A DNA stretch of 63,475 bases, the filler included, from Porpidia crustulata (Eukaryota): the NCBI GenBank assembly GCA_964255105.1. It is 5 parts of 5 records of this genome, joined end to end, with 100 filler letters (N's around TTAATTAATTAA, not from the genome) between each part and the next. Parts side by side here need not be neighbours in the genome. Positions count along the whole stretch, not along the records: positions 1 to 12,636 come from CAXUWE010000503.1; 4 more parts are not named here. One strand, 5' to 3'. Positions 1 to 10,600 of this stretch are shown here, piece after piece (position 1 is the stretch's first letter; every line of letters begins with the position of its first letter). Below the pieces are notes generated by a model, which was not told the origin of the DNA, ran no database searches, and saw only the letters and a list, made by a program, of their open reading frames with translations. Position numbers and translations under genes: made by a program.

Positions 1-121
1 TCCGGAACCCTAACCCTAAGGCTTAGGGTTTTCGAACTAGGGGTGAGTACGAGTATAGGAATCATGCGGGCCGCACGTGCAGGTCACGTGAGCATGGGCA
101 GTGGGCATGACTATGACCGTG

Positions 122-985
122 ACAAAAGGGAGCTATTAGTCAAAGAAAGGAACCAAGGCCTTGAACCCCTATTGGCTGTACTGAAGCTAGATCATGGAGC
201 ATAATTAGACTAGGGTACTCTATACGGAGCTCTTTCGAAGGATAGCAAAGTACTTCAATTTACATAGAAAGATCAAAATGTAGTCCTTTTTATGACTACT
301 ATTTCAACAGGGGAGGTATACGTACTTTGTTAACGGAGAAGGCCTGCTGCAACGTCTATAAATACTCGTACATCCAGGGCTATTTCTGGCGAAGAAGCAG
401 TAAAAGAGCTCTCTGTCCCAGAGTTTATTGATATGTACAACCACTTTATGAATGGGGTAGATCAAGCCGATTAGCTTCGAAGCTATTACACTACCTAAAA
501 AGCTCACTCAAAGACGTGGAAACCTCTTTGGCACTTCCTACTAGATACAGCAATTTTTAATACATACAAGATCCTGTATTATACGCCTGAGCGACTATTT
601 GGGGAGCTATGGAACCATACTACCCACAAGCTCTTTAGAGGAAAGCTAGCGATGAGCCTATTAGCTTGCTCTACCCCCTTAAAGCAAAAGAAGCCAATAC
701 TACCGGAAGCGCCACTCCGGAGCTTCGTCTGTCCGGGTGAGCCGAGTAATCATAGGGTTATAACGAAGCTGGGGCAGAAAGCGCACTACTGTCGAGCATA
801 TACGAGTACTGGGAGGTTTAAAAGGGGCTCGCGTAGTAGGAAGGCGTTGACGGAGCTCTCTCCCAACACGGTACGGCGCGAGATACGTCGCAAAAGGACG
901 CCGTAGAGCCTATGGGGTTGCAGTCTATGTGAGATCTATCTATGCCGAAAAAAGCAATGCTGGGATGAGCATATCCATGTAGGGA
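122..985 (+). mobile_element. piggyBac-like DDE transposase relic (3' half), RIP-degraded
   Basis: Hand translation: KVLQFT*KDQNVVLFMTTIS...VPEFIDMYNHFMNGVDQAD*LRSYY...WKPLWHFLLDTAIFN, then a C-terminal Cys-rich tail GCSLCEIYLCRKKQCWDEHIH. Stops sit at TAG/TAA where W or Q is expected (C-to-T/G-to-A). Confidence 0.85.
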
Positions 986-1044
986 AGGAAAGATATATGT
1001 AGAATTTATGGGGGAGGATTTTTGGTGGGGAATGCCAAGCCGAA

Positions 1045-1311
1045 TTAAAGCCCGCTCCGCCAGGATATAGGATACACGCCGCTTTGTCCATCACCCTCAA
1101 ATTCTTGATTTTGTACAAGCGATGCTCCATTCATCGCAGCATGCCGTTGGCGCTTCGGCGTTGGTGGCCGAGGTGCAACGGGTAGACAATGGCGAAGGGC
1201 CAGGTCCCGGAAGTGATCTCTTTCCGTACGATAACGGTCTCTCTCCTGCCTCGTCTCTCGTACTTGAGCCTCCAATTTAGCAATGTTCTCAGAAGTCTCC
1301 TGTTCTTTCAA
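1045..1311 (-). pseudogene. bZIP transcription factor fragment (zipper and downstream part, basic region missing)
   Basis: KEQETSENIAKLEAQVRETRQERDRYRTERDHFRDLA...APRPPTP resembles the zipper and tail of a fungal bZIP family. There is no true ATG and no upstream basic region. Confidence 0.6.
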
Positions 1312-1860
1312 CGGTGGGAGGCGGTAGCGTTTCTCAGGTATGTCGAGAAGCTGCTCTAAGCATCAATGACCAAACGTAGGCCGTAGATGAGCGAGATACG
1401 ATACCGCAGCGTGAAAGTCCACGCTCGAAGGTTGCATGTCGAGTATGATTGAGTTGCCCTCGCAAGAATTGAGCTTGCGATAACCTCATAATCCATGCTT
1501 TTATGCGTCTTGTAACAAAGGTATCGCGACTGCGCCTTCAAGTGGTAGTGTTGTCAAGATATAGAGCCCCAGAAAGACCTTGGTGGGACCCTGGTGCCGG
1601 CAGATGTTATGAGAGGGGATCCAAGCAGTGCGATGTCCGGGCTTAAATCACCTCATGCATGTCGAATTACGTGGCGCATAACGTGCCTCGGTGGACACAC
1701 AGATCACGACAGCAATTGGAGGCTGGATGAGGCGTATAGACTATGGATTTCCTGAATGTGCCACAATCTCGCAAGCGGCTGGATTCCGCGACCTTGAATA
1801 AATCATGAGGCTGGTCATACAAGCATTGAATCTTGCGAGACCTTATCCTCCAAATATCTC

Positions 1861-2167
1861 AAGACTCTACTTAGCTCTTGCCGAGACTCGCAAGATCACC
1901 TTTCAGCCCTTCCGTAGTATTAATATTGTGAGAGTCTACCTGACTTTCGGAACGATAGAGTCATCGGCACAGGCTTTAGCGCCGCCGATATACATAGCCA
2001 TAAGCTAAGCCTCTACTAAGCTACCTTTGAGACTCACAACGTTCAATATTCTACCGATTGCTATAGATTTCGGAACAACAGAGTCATAGGGAAAGGTTTC
2101 AGAGCCGCCAAGATGCATATCCGCAAGCTGAGACTCTACTCAGCTGGTTTTGAGACTTGCAAGACCG
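1861..2167 (+). repeat. Degenerate tandem repeat, about 123-bp period, inside a decayed coding relic
   Basis: TTTCGGAAC.A.AGAGTCAT.GG...CTCTACT.AGCT....TGAGACT recurs at about 1945 and 2068, with a partial copy at about 1862. Confidence 0.6.
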
Positions 2168-4505
2168 TTATAGATCTCCTGGAATGGATAATAGTGGAGG
2201 TACGGGACTAGTTCGAAGAGAGGACGGTCTAGGTGATGGATGTGTTGAACAGGCAAGTAATGCATAAATATTTGTATTGGTGCAGATCCCAGAATATGGG
2301 AATTCTACAGAACATATATAAACCTCTGCCACGCTAAGCCTAATCCAGCTTAGTAGTTGCCTAAACGAGCAAAAGGGGTAATCCACCCGACCCGTTCATG
2401 GAAGCATATCTGCTCAATTCCAACAGGATGAGAACCAGGAAAATGATACATCAAACACCCCTGTGATACTTGTCCGACTGTCCATCCCGTTCGTAAGACA
2501 TCTTTGAAAGACCGGGCTCCCACTCATCAGTCAAGACAAGACGCGAAGAACTCCCATCAAGGAATCTAGTTTCCTAGCTTTGGAATTATTGCAAGGAAAA
2601 CGTGATCTTTCGTTCATTTTCAACCATCATGAGGGTTACTCAGCTCAGGTCTTTTGGGGTTACTCGCCACGCTTACCATCGTTCTTATGGGCAAGAATAT
2701 ATCACAGTCGCCCCGCGCCAGTACAATAAACTGCTACCGAGGGCTACCACGACAACAATAGCCACCTCTACTGCTCAAGTGCGTAGAAGAGGCCTTGAGG
2801 CACGAGACTGCTTAGTTGTGCGCGAATCCAAGCCGCATCAATAGGGAAAACGCGTAGAGAAAAATATACCAGGCAAGTTGATATCAAAAAGCATAGCAAT
2901 TGTGGAGCCGCATACAGCCACTGACATCAAATCGTTAGGAACCAGCCCACTGATATCAGCTCTTCGGAACATCCCCAAATCTGTGTGATACACTCCCGGG
3001 ATCGTAACGAACGGCCTTGCGCATGGTGGTGTCCAAAAACATAGCATCGTGACGGGCTTAAAGGGTCTTTACGTATTCACCGGAAACATTTTCATCGACG
3101 GACAACGGATGGAGTCGCCCATGCCATTTATCGCTCGATGGGACTATGATGAAGAGAAGCCAGCGTGAGTACACATCCTTCCCTTCCCAGTACATGCATA
3201 TCCCTATCGGACATTAAGAAAACCCAAATGTTCTGAAAATTTGACACTGCGAGAAAGCCATGATCGCTGTCGCGAGTGACTTGGTGCCTAGATATGGCCT
3301 CGCTGTCATGGATTCGGATTGTGAAACACATGGTTTGATTATGAACGGTGTGGAAACAACAAAGCCTCGGTTTTTGATGTACTACACATAGCCATATGTT
3401 TGTTCCAATAATTGTGGGTAAACAATCGCCTGTCTTTCAGCTTAGTAACAAGATGAGGCTACTTCTATCGAGATCTGCAGAGAGTCAGATACACGGCTGC
3501 CGAGAGGAGACAGGTGAGAGAAAGATTGTTGCAGGTTCGTAACAGAAAAAGCATTTCGAGAGACCATGCTCACTAATTGTTATAGTCAAAAGGTCGTTTT
3601 GCACATATTCGAGCAAGGGAAAAACAAGGAGCTTTCCCTATAATTACCGCAGAAGCGCAGCCTCGAGTGAGAACGAGTGCGCGCCCCACCACAAGGCCAA
3701 AGCTACGACAGTAGAGGGCGAGCCAAACTCGGCCCTCTGATAAGCTGGTAACAGAGATGGGGCATTAGGACAAGATGTATTGCTTCACGGCCGTGCCACT
3801 GCTCTCGGTGGCATGGACCTGGGCAAGGAATTCACGAGCCTTCTCCGCTGTGCGCTTCAGGTTTTCGAGCGACTCGTCCAACTCATCCCTCGTCTTGGCC
3901 TCCCTAATCATCGACCGCAATTCTTCTTTCTCGACGGTGGCAATTAAGCCATGCTACTTGATTGGATGGCATGTTAATTTATAATGTCTATCTGTGATTT
4001 GGGTCGGATGTAAATAAAGAAAATGTACAAATATCCTGTCGAATTGCTTGAAAAAGGAGACAATTTTGATTGATAGAAGGGAAGACGACCCAAGCTCATA
4101 CTGACCATCTCGTCTTTTTATATCCAGGAGCTTGGTGAGTCATGTTCGTCATGACTGATGTGAAATCCAGTAGATGGGACAATATTCGGCCGACCGAATC
4201 TTGCGCTGCTCTCTTGATGGTGGACACATTCCTCCAAAATTCAGCTAGACGGGGAATTGCGATCCCTAGCGCCGGATGGTCGGCGGGTCAAGGCAGGTAA
4301 TATACTTTCAAAAAATATATAAAATAATAATATATCTAACACTAAGAAAACTGCTAATAACAGTGTGGCGGACATACGAATTGCCGCGACATCAATATAT
4401 GGCACGCAGGTACTGACTCCAGCAAATCGGAGCTGACATGTAGCAGGGACTTGGAGAGCATCGAAGCATGGTTAACGGCCGCCCCAGTTCGTCTGTGGAA
4501 CCATC

Positions 4506-5500
4506 ATGAACAACGGCACTGCCGAGCTCTCGACGCCACAGGCGAGACGCCGCAGACCGAAACCGCAATTATCGTGCAATCTGTGTCATAAGAGAAAGTA
4601 AGATCACCAAACCGACCCTGATCAATTGGACTGCACGCTTACGGACAAGACTCGGATGCGATAGAGGCAGGCCATGCCAGACATGCGCTTCCCGAGGCTT
4701 ATCCCATTATTGCTCCTACAATCGCTAGGAAGTCGTGGACCAGCCTGTACGGAAAGGACCAGTTGCATTTTCAGCTGTCAGGCATGATTCATTCGTATGG
4801 GACGAGATGCAAGACCGTCTGACTGAGCTTGAGGCGTTGCTCGTTGCATTGCGAGCCACCTCGACAGGACCTTTCAGTGGATCCGGTGTGACGGAGCCAG
4901 ATCGAGAGACTCAATGGACGGCCATAATGCAGCGAGTTTGTGAATGGCCATATGTCATCAGAAATTGGCAGCGGTTTACTTATCTTCATTCCTAGGTCGC
5001 TGAGTTGAAGGCCTGTCTCGGCAATCAAAGCGGTACCTCGGTGCCATCGCCCAAGAAACATGCACCCGCGACCGCAGAGCCTGCAGCCATGGATACCACA
5101 CCAACATCAAGGTCTGACGAATCGACTAGTCTCGAAAAATCGGAACATGCACCAGCGAAATCATGGAAGAAACATCCATTGCCCTGGATGCAACATTTCT
5201 ACGTCCCCGTCACATATGATGGTCGCACGGATGATTCAGCTCCCCTCGGAACGGGAATGGTCACACACTGAATATGGTCTGATTCAGGTCTGCCAAACTT
5301 GTCAAATAGACATGTTCATGGAGGAAGATCATCCTAACGCCCAGAGTTGCATGAGTAATAACAATTACTACTATATCGGATGGTAATAGCAAAGCGACTT
5401 TCCACGACATGAAACTCCTCCATTTCGAAGCTTCAGGACACACAGCGTCACCCGGACCATATCCGCAAGCCTCACTAGCGCCACAAATTATGACAGCCTA
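4506..5500 (+). pseudogene. Zn(II)2Cys6 transcription factor pseudogene
   Basis: ATG at 4506. Splicing GT-AG intron 4598-4649 gives RRRPKPQLSCNLCHKRK|LGCDRGRPCQTCASRGLSHYCSY (six Cys). An in-frame TAG follows at 4726-4728, then a coiled coil QDRLTELEALL and fragmented downstream frames. Confidence 0.8.
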
Positions 5501-5725
5501 GAACTCCATCCTCTTGCTGTAGGCCCAGGCCAGCCCAGGCCACAGACAAATTCTTTTCGAGTCAATTCACAAGCATCCAAACATCCAAATCCCACGTAAG
5601 TAGGCAAGAAAAAATTAAGGGACAGATCGATATATCCGTGCAAATACAATTTATATACATGCTCCAGTCTCTCACAATGATATTAGTCCACGAAGCCAAA
5701 AAAGGGGGTAGGTAGGTGAAAAAAC

Positions 5726-5765
5726 CCTCTCCTCTCCTCTCCTCTCCTCTCCTCTCCTCTCCTCT
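5726..5765 (+). repeat. (CCTCT)8 microsatellite
   Basis: Directly visible. Confidence 0.95.
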
Positions 5766-6416
5766 CCAATCGTCAGCCGCACCTTGTTCGCCTCGCATGA
5801 ATGGGAGGAATCCCATGCCATTGCATGGCAGAGGATCTCTCTAGGAAAGAGCGCAGGCAGAGGTATGAGTCTACTATCTACAGTGCCACGGAAAGGGGAA
5901 ACGCCATGATTCTTGCCAACGATCCTCGTATTTCGAGTTTCTGCTCTTTAGCCTGTGCTAGATCGGCTGAGCCCAATAGCTGCTCGGTCGGAAGGTGGGT
6001 GGCCGGATTCCCAGGTCATTCACACCTTATACTGCATCGGAACATGAATCATACGGAGAGTGTCAAAGAAATATTCTTGCCCTCGAACACTCGTCAGTAT
6101 TATAAGCTGTTAGGCTAGGGTTGGAAGGGCGCGTGAGAATAGATTATGAGAGCTTAGGCTTGACTTCTTAGCTAGTAATTAATAGAAGGGTCAAAGGACA
6201 GTACGTGAAGCTAGACCGAACACCGTCTGTGATGAATCTCATATCTGATATTGGGCCAGCACTCTTGAGCGGCTTTCCCTCTGACCATGTACCATTCAAG
6301 CCTGTGCACTGCAGAAGACCGAGTGATGATTGACCTTCTCTCTCCTTGATTTCTGTTGACATGCCATGCCTCGTCCTTGTCGCTTGCCAGCCGATACCAA
6401 ATACTGCCTTGAACCG

Positions 6417-7322
6417 CTAGAGTAGAAGATCATCATTATCCGCAACGTTCTCCGCCATCAAACCAACATCGACGTCCTCAAATTCTGCAGCCTCATCAAT
6501 CACCACACCTCCATCCTCTTCTTCCTCGTCATCATCCTCGATCTCTTCACGATCCGTCTGGCCATAGACGCCGCCCAAGAACTGTGCATGCTCCACCTTG
6601 CCGTACTGGACATACTTGCCCTTCTTGGACAAGAATGGTATCTTGAGGGTCAACTTTCGATACCGAATGGCGAATACCTGCTCGCCTACCATCTCACCTG
6701 CCTGGTGTGCGTTCCACCCTCGACTCGACTCCACGCCTGTGGATATATCGGCGACTTGACCGATTTGCACGACACCGTGCGATGCAGCATCGACAACGAG
6801 ACCAGTGGGCAAGGTGAGTTCGACCTTTCTCGTGGAAGTCCTACCGAGGCTGGACCCGTGCGAGCCGTCGATGCAACTCTTGACCCCGACGATGAGGTGG
6901 CCTGTCCCACCGTTGTCGCCGAGTAAGCGCAGGATAGCAGTGCGGTGATGTTCCAGCAACGAGGCCAAGGCTTCCCGGTGCTGGGGCAGGCTGCGCGTTC
7001 GAACTACCCTGGCTACGCGGCTCTGCGTGGCTTGAGCGGACTGATCGAAGTCGATGTTGAGTAAACGGCACGCGCGGGCCTCGGCGCCGGAGTTGCGCTG
7101 GGCGGAGAAGAGGGTGGAAAAATCTTCGTCGTAGAGTTCCAGGTACGGCCGTTCATCTCCTCCTCCTACGTTCAGGGCTGGGCGGGGATCTTCCGGCGCG
7201 TATTCGTCCGAGGGGCTGCGTGTGTTGGCTACGATGCGACCGAGGAGGAAAGGGATGGTCGAGCCGGGGAGGCGGTCGACGAGGTGATATTCTGGCGGAG
7301 CGGACTTCCCTTGCGATTTCAT
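6417..7322 (-). CDS. Fungal gasdermin-like pore-forming protein (RCD-1/HET-Q2 family), 301 aa
   Basis: Intact intronless ORF with family-typical motifs LLGRIVANTRSP, HLIVGVKS and EQVFAIRYRKL, alternating beta-hairpin-like segments, and an acidic C-terminal tail of about 48 aa. It lies next to a protease gene. Confidence 0.8.
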   Translation of the reverse strand: MKSQGKSAPPEYHLVDRLPGSTIPFLLGRIVANTRSPSDEYAPEDPRPALNVGGGDERPYLELYDEDFSTLFSAQRNSGAEARACRLLNIDFDQSAQATQSRVARVVRTRSLPQHREALASLLEHHRTAILRLLGDNGGTGHLIVGVKSCIDGSHGSSLGRTSTRKVELTLPTGLVVDAASHGVVQIGQVADISTGVESSRGWNAHQAGEMVGEQVFAIRYRKLTLKIPFLSKKGKYVQYGKVEHAQFLGGVYGQTDREEIEDDDEEEEDGGVVIDEAAEFEDVDVGLMAENVADNDDLLL

Positions 7323-7689
7323 TCTGACCTAAATTCTAGCGCGCTAAAGCTGGCCACCAGACCCTTCTCTCCGAGGTGAAGTAGGAGTCTTCTTAAGGTA
7401 TACTCTAGTCCTGATTTTAAATTTCGGTATAGCCTCGTGCCAGGTGGATGTCGATGCTCTAGCTCGCCAAGATTGTGGCTGCAGAACTGGGAATAATCCG
7501 GTTGGTGGGACGCAATGCATCCTCTTTCTCGCCAACGTATCAAAGGCCACCTCACATCGGGTCTCACGTTCGGATATGCACGGCTGAACGAGAGCGCACA
7601 AGAGACTTATTTCTGAATTTATGTTTTCGTCGTCGCTGAAAGCCTCACTAGAATACGTCGAATCCATCATGTCTTAGTGGTACAACGTC

Positions 7690-10600
7690 ATGGCAGGAAT
7701 TCAAGTCAGCGAGGTAAAAGAAATCCGCGAGTCCGAGTGGACCGTCCGCATGAGTCATGGCGGCGTGGAGCGACAATGTCAAGGTATCATTTTCATCTTC
7801 CAAATGTTAGCCTGCTATTAAACATAGTTTGCAGTACGAGATCCTATGTTCATCAACTACGACCTGACCGAGGACGACGTTCGCTGGCTACTGGAGGATT
7901 ACCCAACGTTCTTTCCATACGACGTAGCCAGTGCAAATCAAAACAACTCCGCTCTCATCAAATATGGCGAGCTCCTGGCGGAACAGCTCGATCTCCAAAG
8001 CACGATACATTCCAGTAAAAACCAACCTCAGACAACATGGGTCGTCGACATTTGCGACCGCGGTGGCGATTCCGTATTCCAAAAACTCTTCTGGGAAACC
8101 TTGGAACCAGCCCTGGCGAAAGAAGGATTCAAAATCTTCGTGCGTAGGAACGCTACGCTACCACCCATCGTGGACAAGAGGACCCTGGAGGAGAAAAAGA
8201 CATCGACAACTGAAGCTCACGACAATGCAATGCAGATGATTGAGCCAAACGCCGTGGATGCTACTCCGCCCCGCCCTTGCAAGATCTGGTTCGATGGCAA
8301 GTCTATGGTGCGCAGGATCAATATCTTACTTGTCGTCTCTCGGCCTTCTAGAAAGGATGATATCAACCCATTGATCGCTACTAATGGCATCATCGATGCC
8401 ATGATGAGGTCGCGGGAATTGCAGCGTGCTACTCTCGGCTCCGAGTCTGGATTGCAGATCAGGGTGGAAATAAGCCGACCCGGAACGTGGACTGCCTTCA
8501 AGAAGCATCTGGAAAATCGTACGGACTTTTGGCGTCGCGCAGGGGGCACGGGAGGGTGGTTCGATCTCGTTCATTTTGATTGCCATGGCGCTGTCAGGGA
8601 CGGCATTGCGAGCCTTCTGTTTCTTTCTTCGAGCGGGAACAAGACTCTTCGATGCTCTGCTGAGAAAATTGGCGACTTGCTTAGATTTCATAAGGTCAAA
8701 CAGGTCGTCTTACATTCCTGCGAGACGGCAAAGGTCACTCGATCGACCCAGTCTAATATGGCAGTTACACTTATCAACATGGGTATCGAGACTGTGATTG
8801 CCATGAGTTTTAAATTCACGACCTCGGCAGCAGAGATTTTTGTCAAGGCCTTCTATGATCGGCTTTTTGCTGACTCCTCGGCCAACATCGAGCGTGCCTT
8901 CCTGTTTGCTCGTACGGTCTTGAAACATGAGAAGACCCGCATTGCGAGATTTAATCTAGAAAGACAGATTCCAGACTATATTGTTCCAGTCCTGTACTCT
9001 TCACAAAGAGATGATTCTTCGATGGCCGACGTGGTTCAAGCGGTAGATGATTTCACGGAGAAGGGCTTTCACAGTGAACGGTACAAGGCCACTGACGAGG
9101 CGGAAGTTCTGGGACGGGAGCACGATGTCTTGGAGATAGAATGGCAGCTATTACGTTCACCAAAAAACAACATTCTATTATTGACAGGCGATGTAGGTAG
9201 TGGCAAGTCCTCGTTACTGGGACTTTTGATGCAAGTCTGGGGATCTTCTGGTCTGCTGAGTTCGGCGAGCGCTTTTGATATGAGGCGGGACGATGCTGCT
9301 CCCGTCATTCAATTCGTTCAGGCCTTGAAAGCCGGCGAAGATCAGATATCTGGCGACAAGAAGATGCTGATCCTCGTCGACTCGCTTGATGCAGTTGTAC
9401 ACCCAACCGGTGTTTACAAGCACATGATGTCTCCAGACGTCCGAGCGGCAATGAAGCAAGCCATATTGGATCTGCAAGGAACCAACACCCTAGTAATAAT
9501 CGCCTCTCGACAAGAGGAGAATTGGCTTGGGCTGCCTCAAAGCCAACTATATCGGCTCAGGCCGCTTACAAAATACCATACCACATCCATAGTCTCGAGA
9601 GTTTTGAAGTCGCTAGGCAAAGAAGATTTTCTCGAGGGAGATGAGAATCTACTGTACATCGAATACTTGATGTATCGCTTAGACTACAATCCACTATCAC
9701 TTGAGTTGTTTTTGGGATCTGCAGTAGCGCAACGAGAATATATCCGAGGAAAGAACCAAACTGTCACCGACGAGATGGGTGACATGCCAGATACGCCGAA
9801 ATTGCTCTTCACTTTGACTCTCAAGGATGGGCTCATTATGGACGATGATCACCAGATGAAGAAGGAAATTTCATTCCTTACCGAGAAATTGCTCGGTGAA
9901 GGAGGAGGCAATGCGGTGGTTCTGTTCGCACTTGCAATTCCTGCGAGGATATACCGCAGAGAATGGCACGATGTTGCTGCCGCGTGCATCTGTCATATGG
10001 AAGAAACCCCCAATTTCATCACTGGAGATAAAATAGACGCTTTTGTGGCCTTGTATCTCCTCGATACAGGCTGGATGGACACTTTTGAAATGCTGTTCTC
10101 AGATGGCTCTCGAAAACGCTACTATCGCATTCACCCTTTGCTAACCAACGCCTTTCGTCAACTGTTGGTCAGTGTACCCTGGGGAGGTCCTTGGCGTACA
10201 TCACTGACAAACAAATTCATTTATTTTTACTGCATGTGTGTTTTGGAAGCCCTTGTGGCGAAGGACTTCATGGAAAAGCAGGTTCACTTGATTGAGATTG
10301 AATGCTACAATTTTCTGAGCGCGGCCGACGGATACATTTACGTTTTTGAACATCACCCATTCATACCCACCAGACAGAGGGCTACTTTGCATGCGCAGCT
10401 TTCTTACATTCTGAGAGCTCTGCACATCGCTTCTGCGAAAGGGCGCTCGGAACGCTTGCCCATGGAGCTGGTTCAAGTCCGATTGGAAAAGTTCGCTTCC
10501 TACCTCGAGTTACGGCTTGACGAAGGACATCTTGACGATGACGAGAGTACAGAAGACTCGCATTCCTCGAACAATATTCACATACTCGTTGACATACAAA

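Noticed and set aside
6..19. CCCTAACCCTAA as a telomere
   Set aside because: Only two units, not at the very end, and immediately inverted.
3766..3960. Helical peptide LIATVEKEELRSMIREAKTRDELDESLENLKRTAEKAREFLAQ on the minus strand
   Set aside because: Looks coding, but I could not assign a start, exon structure or family.
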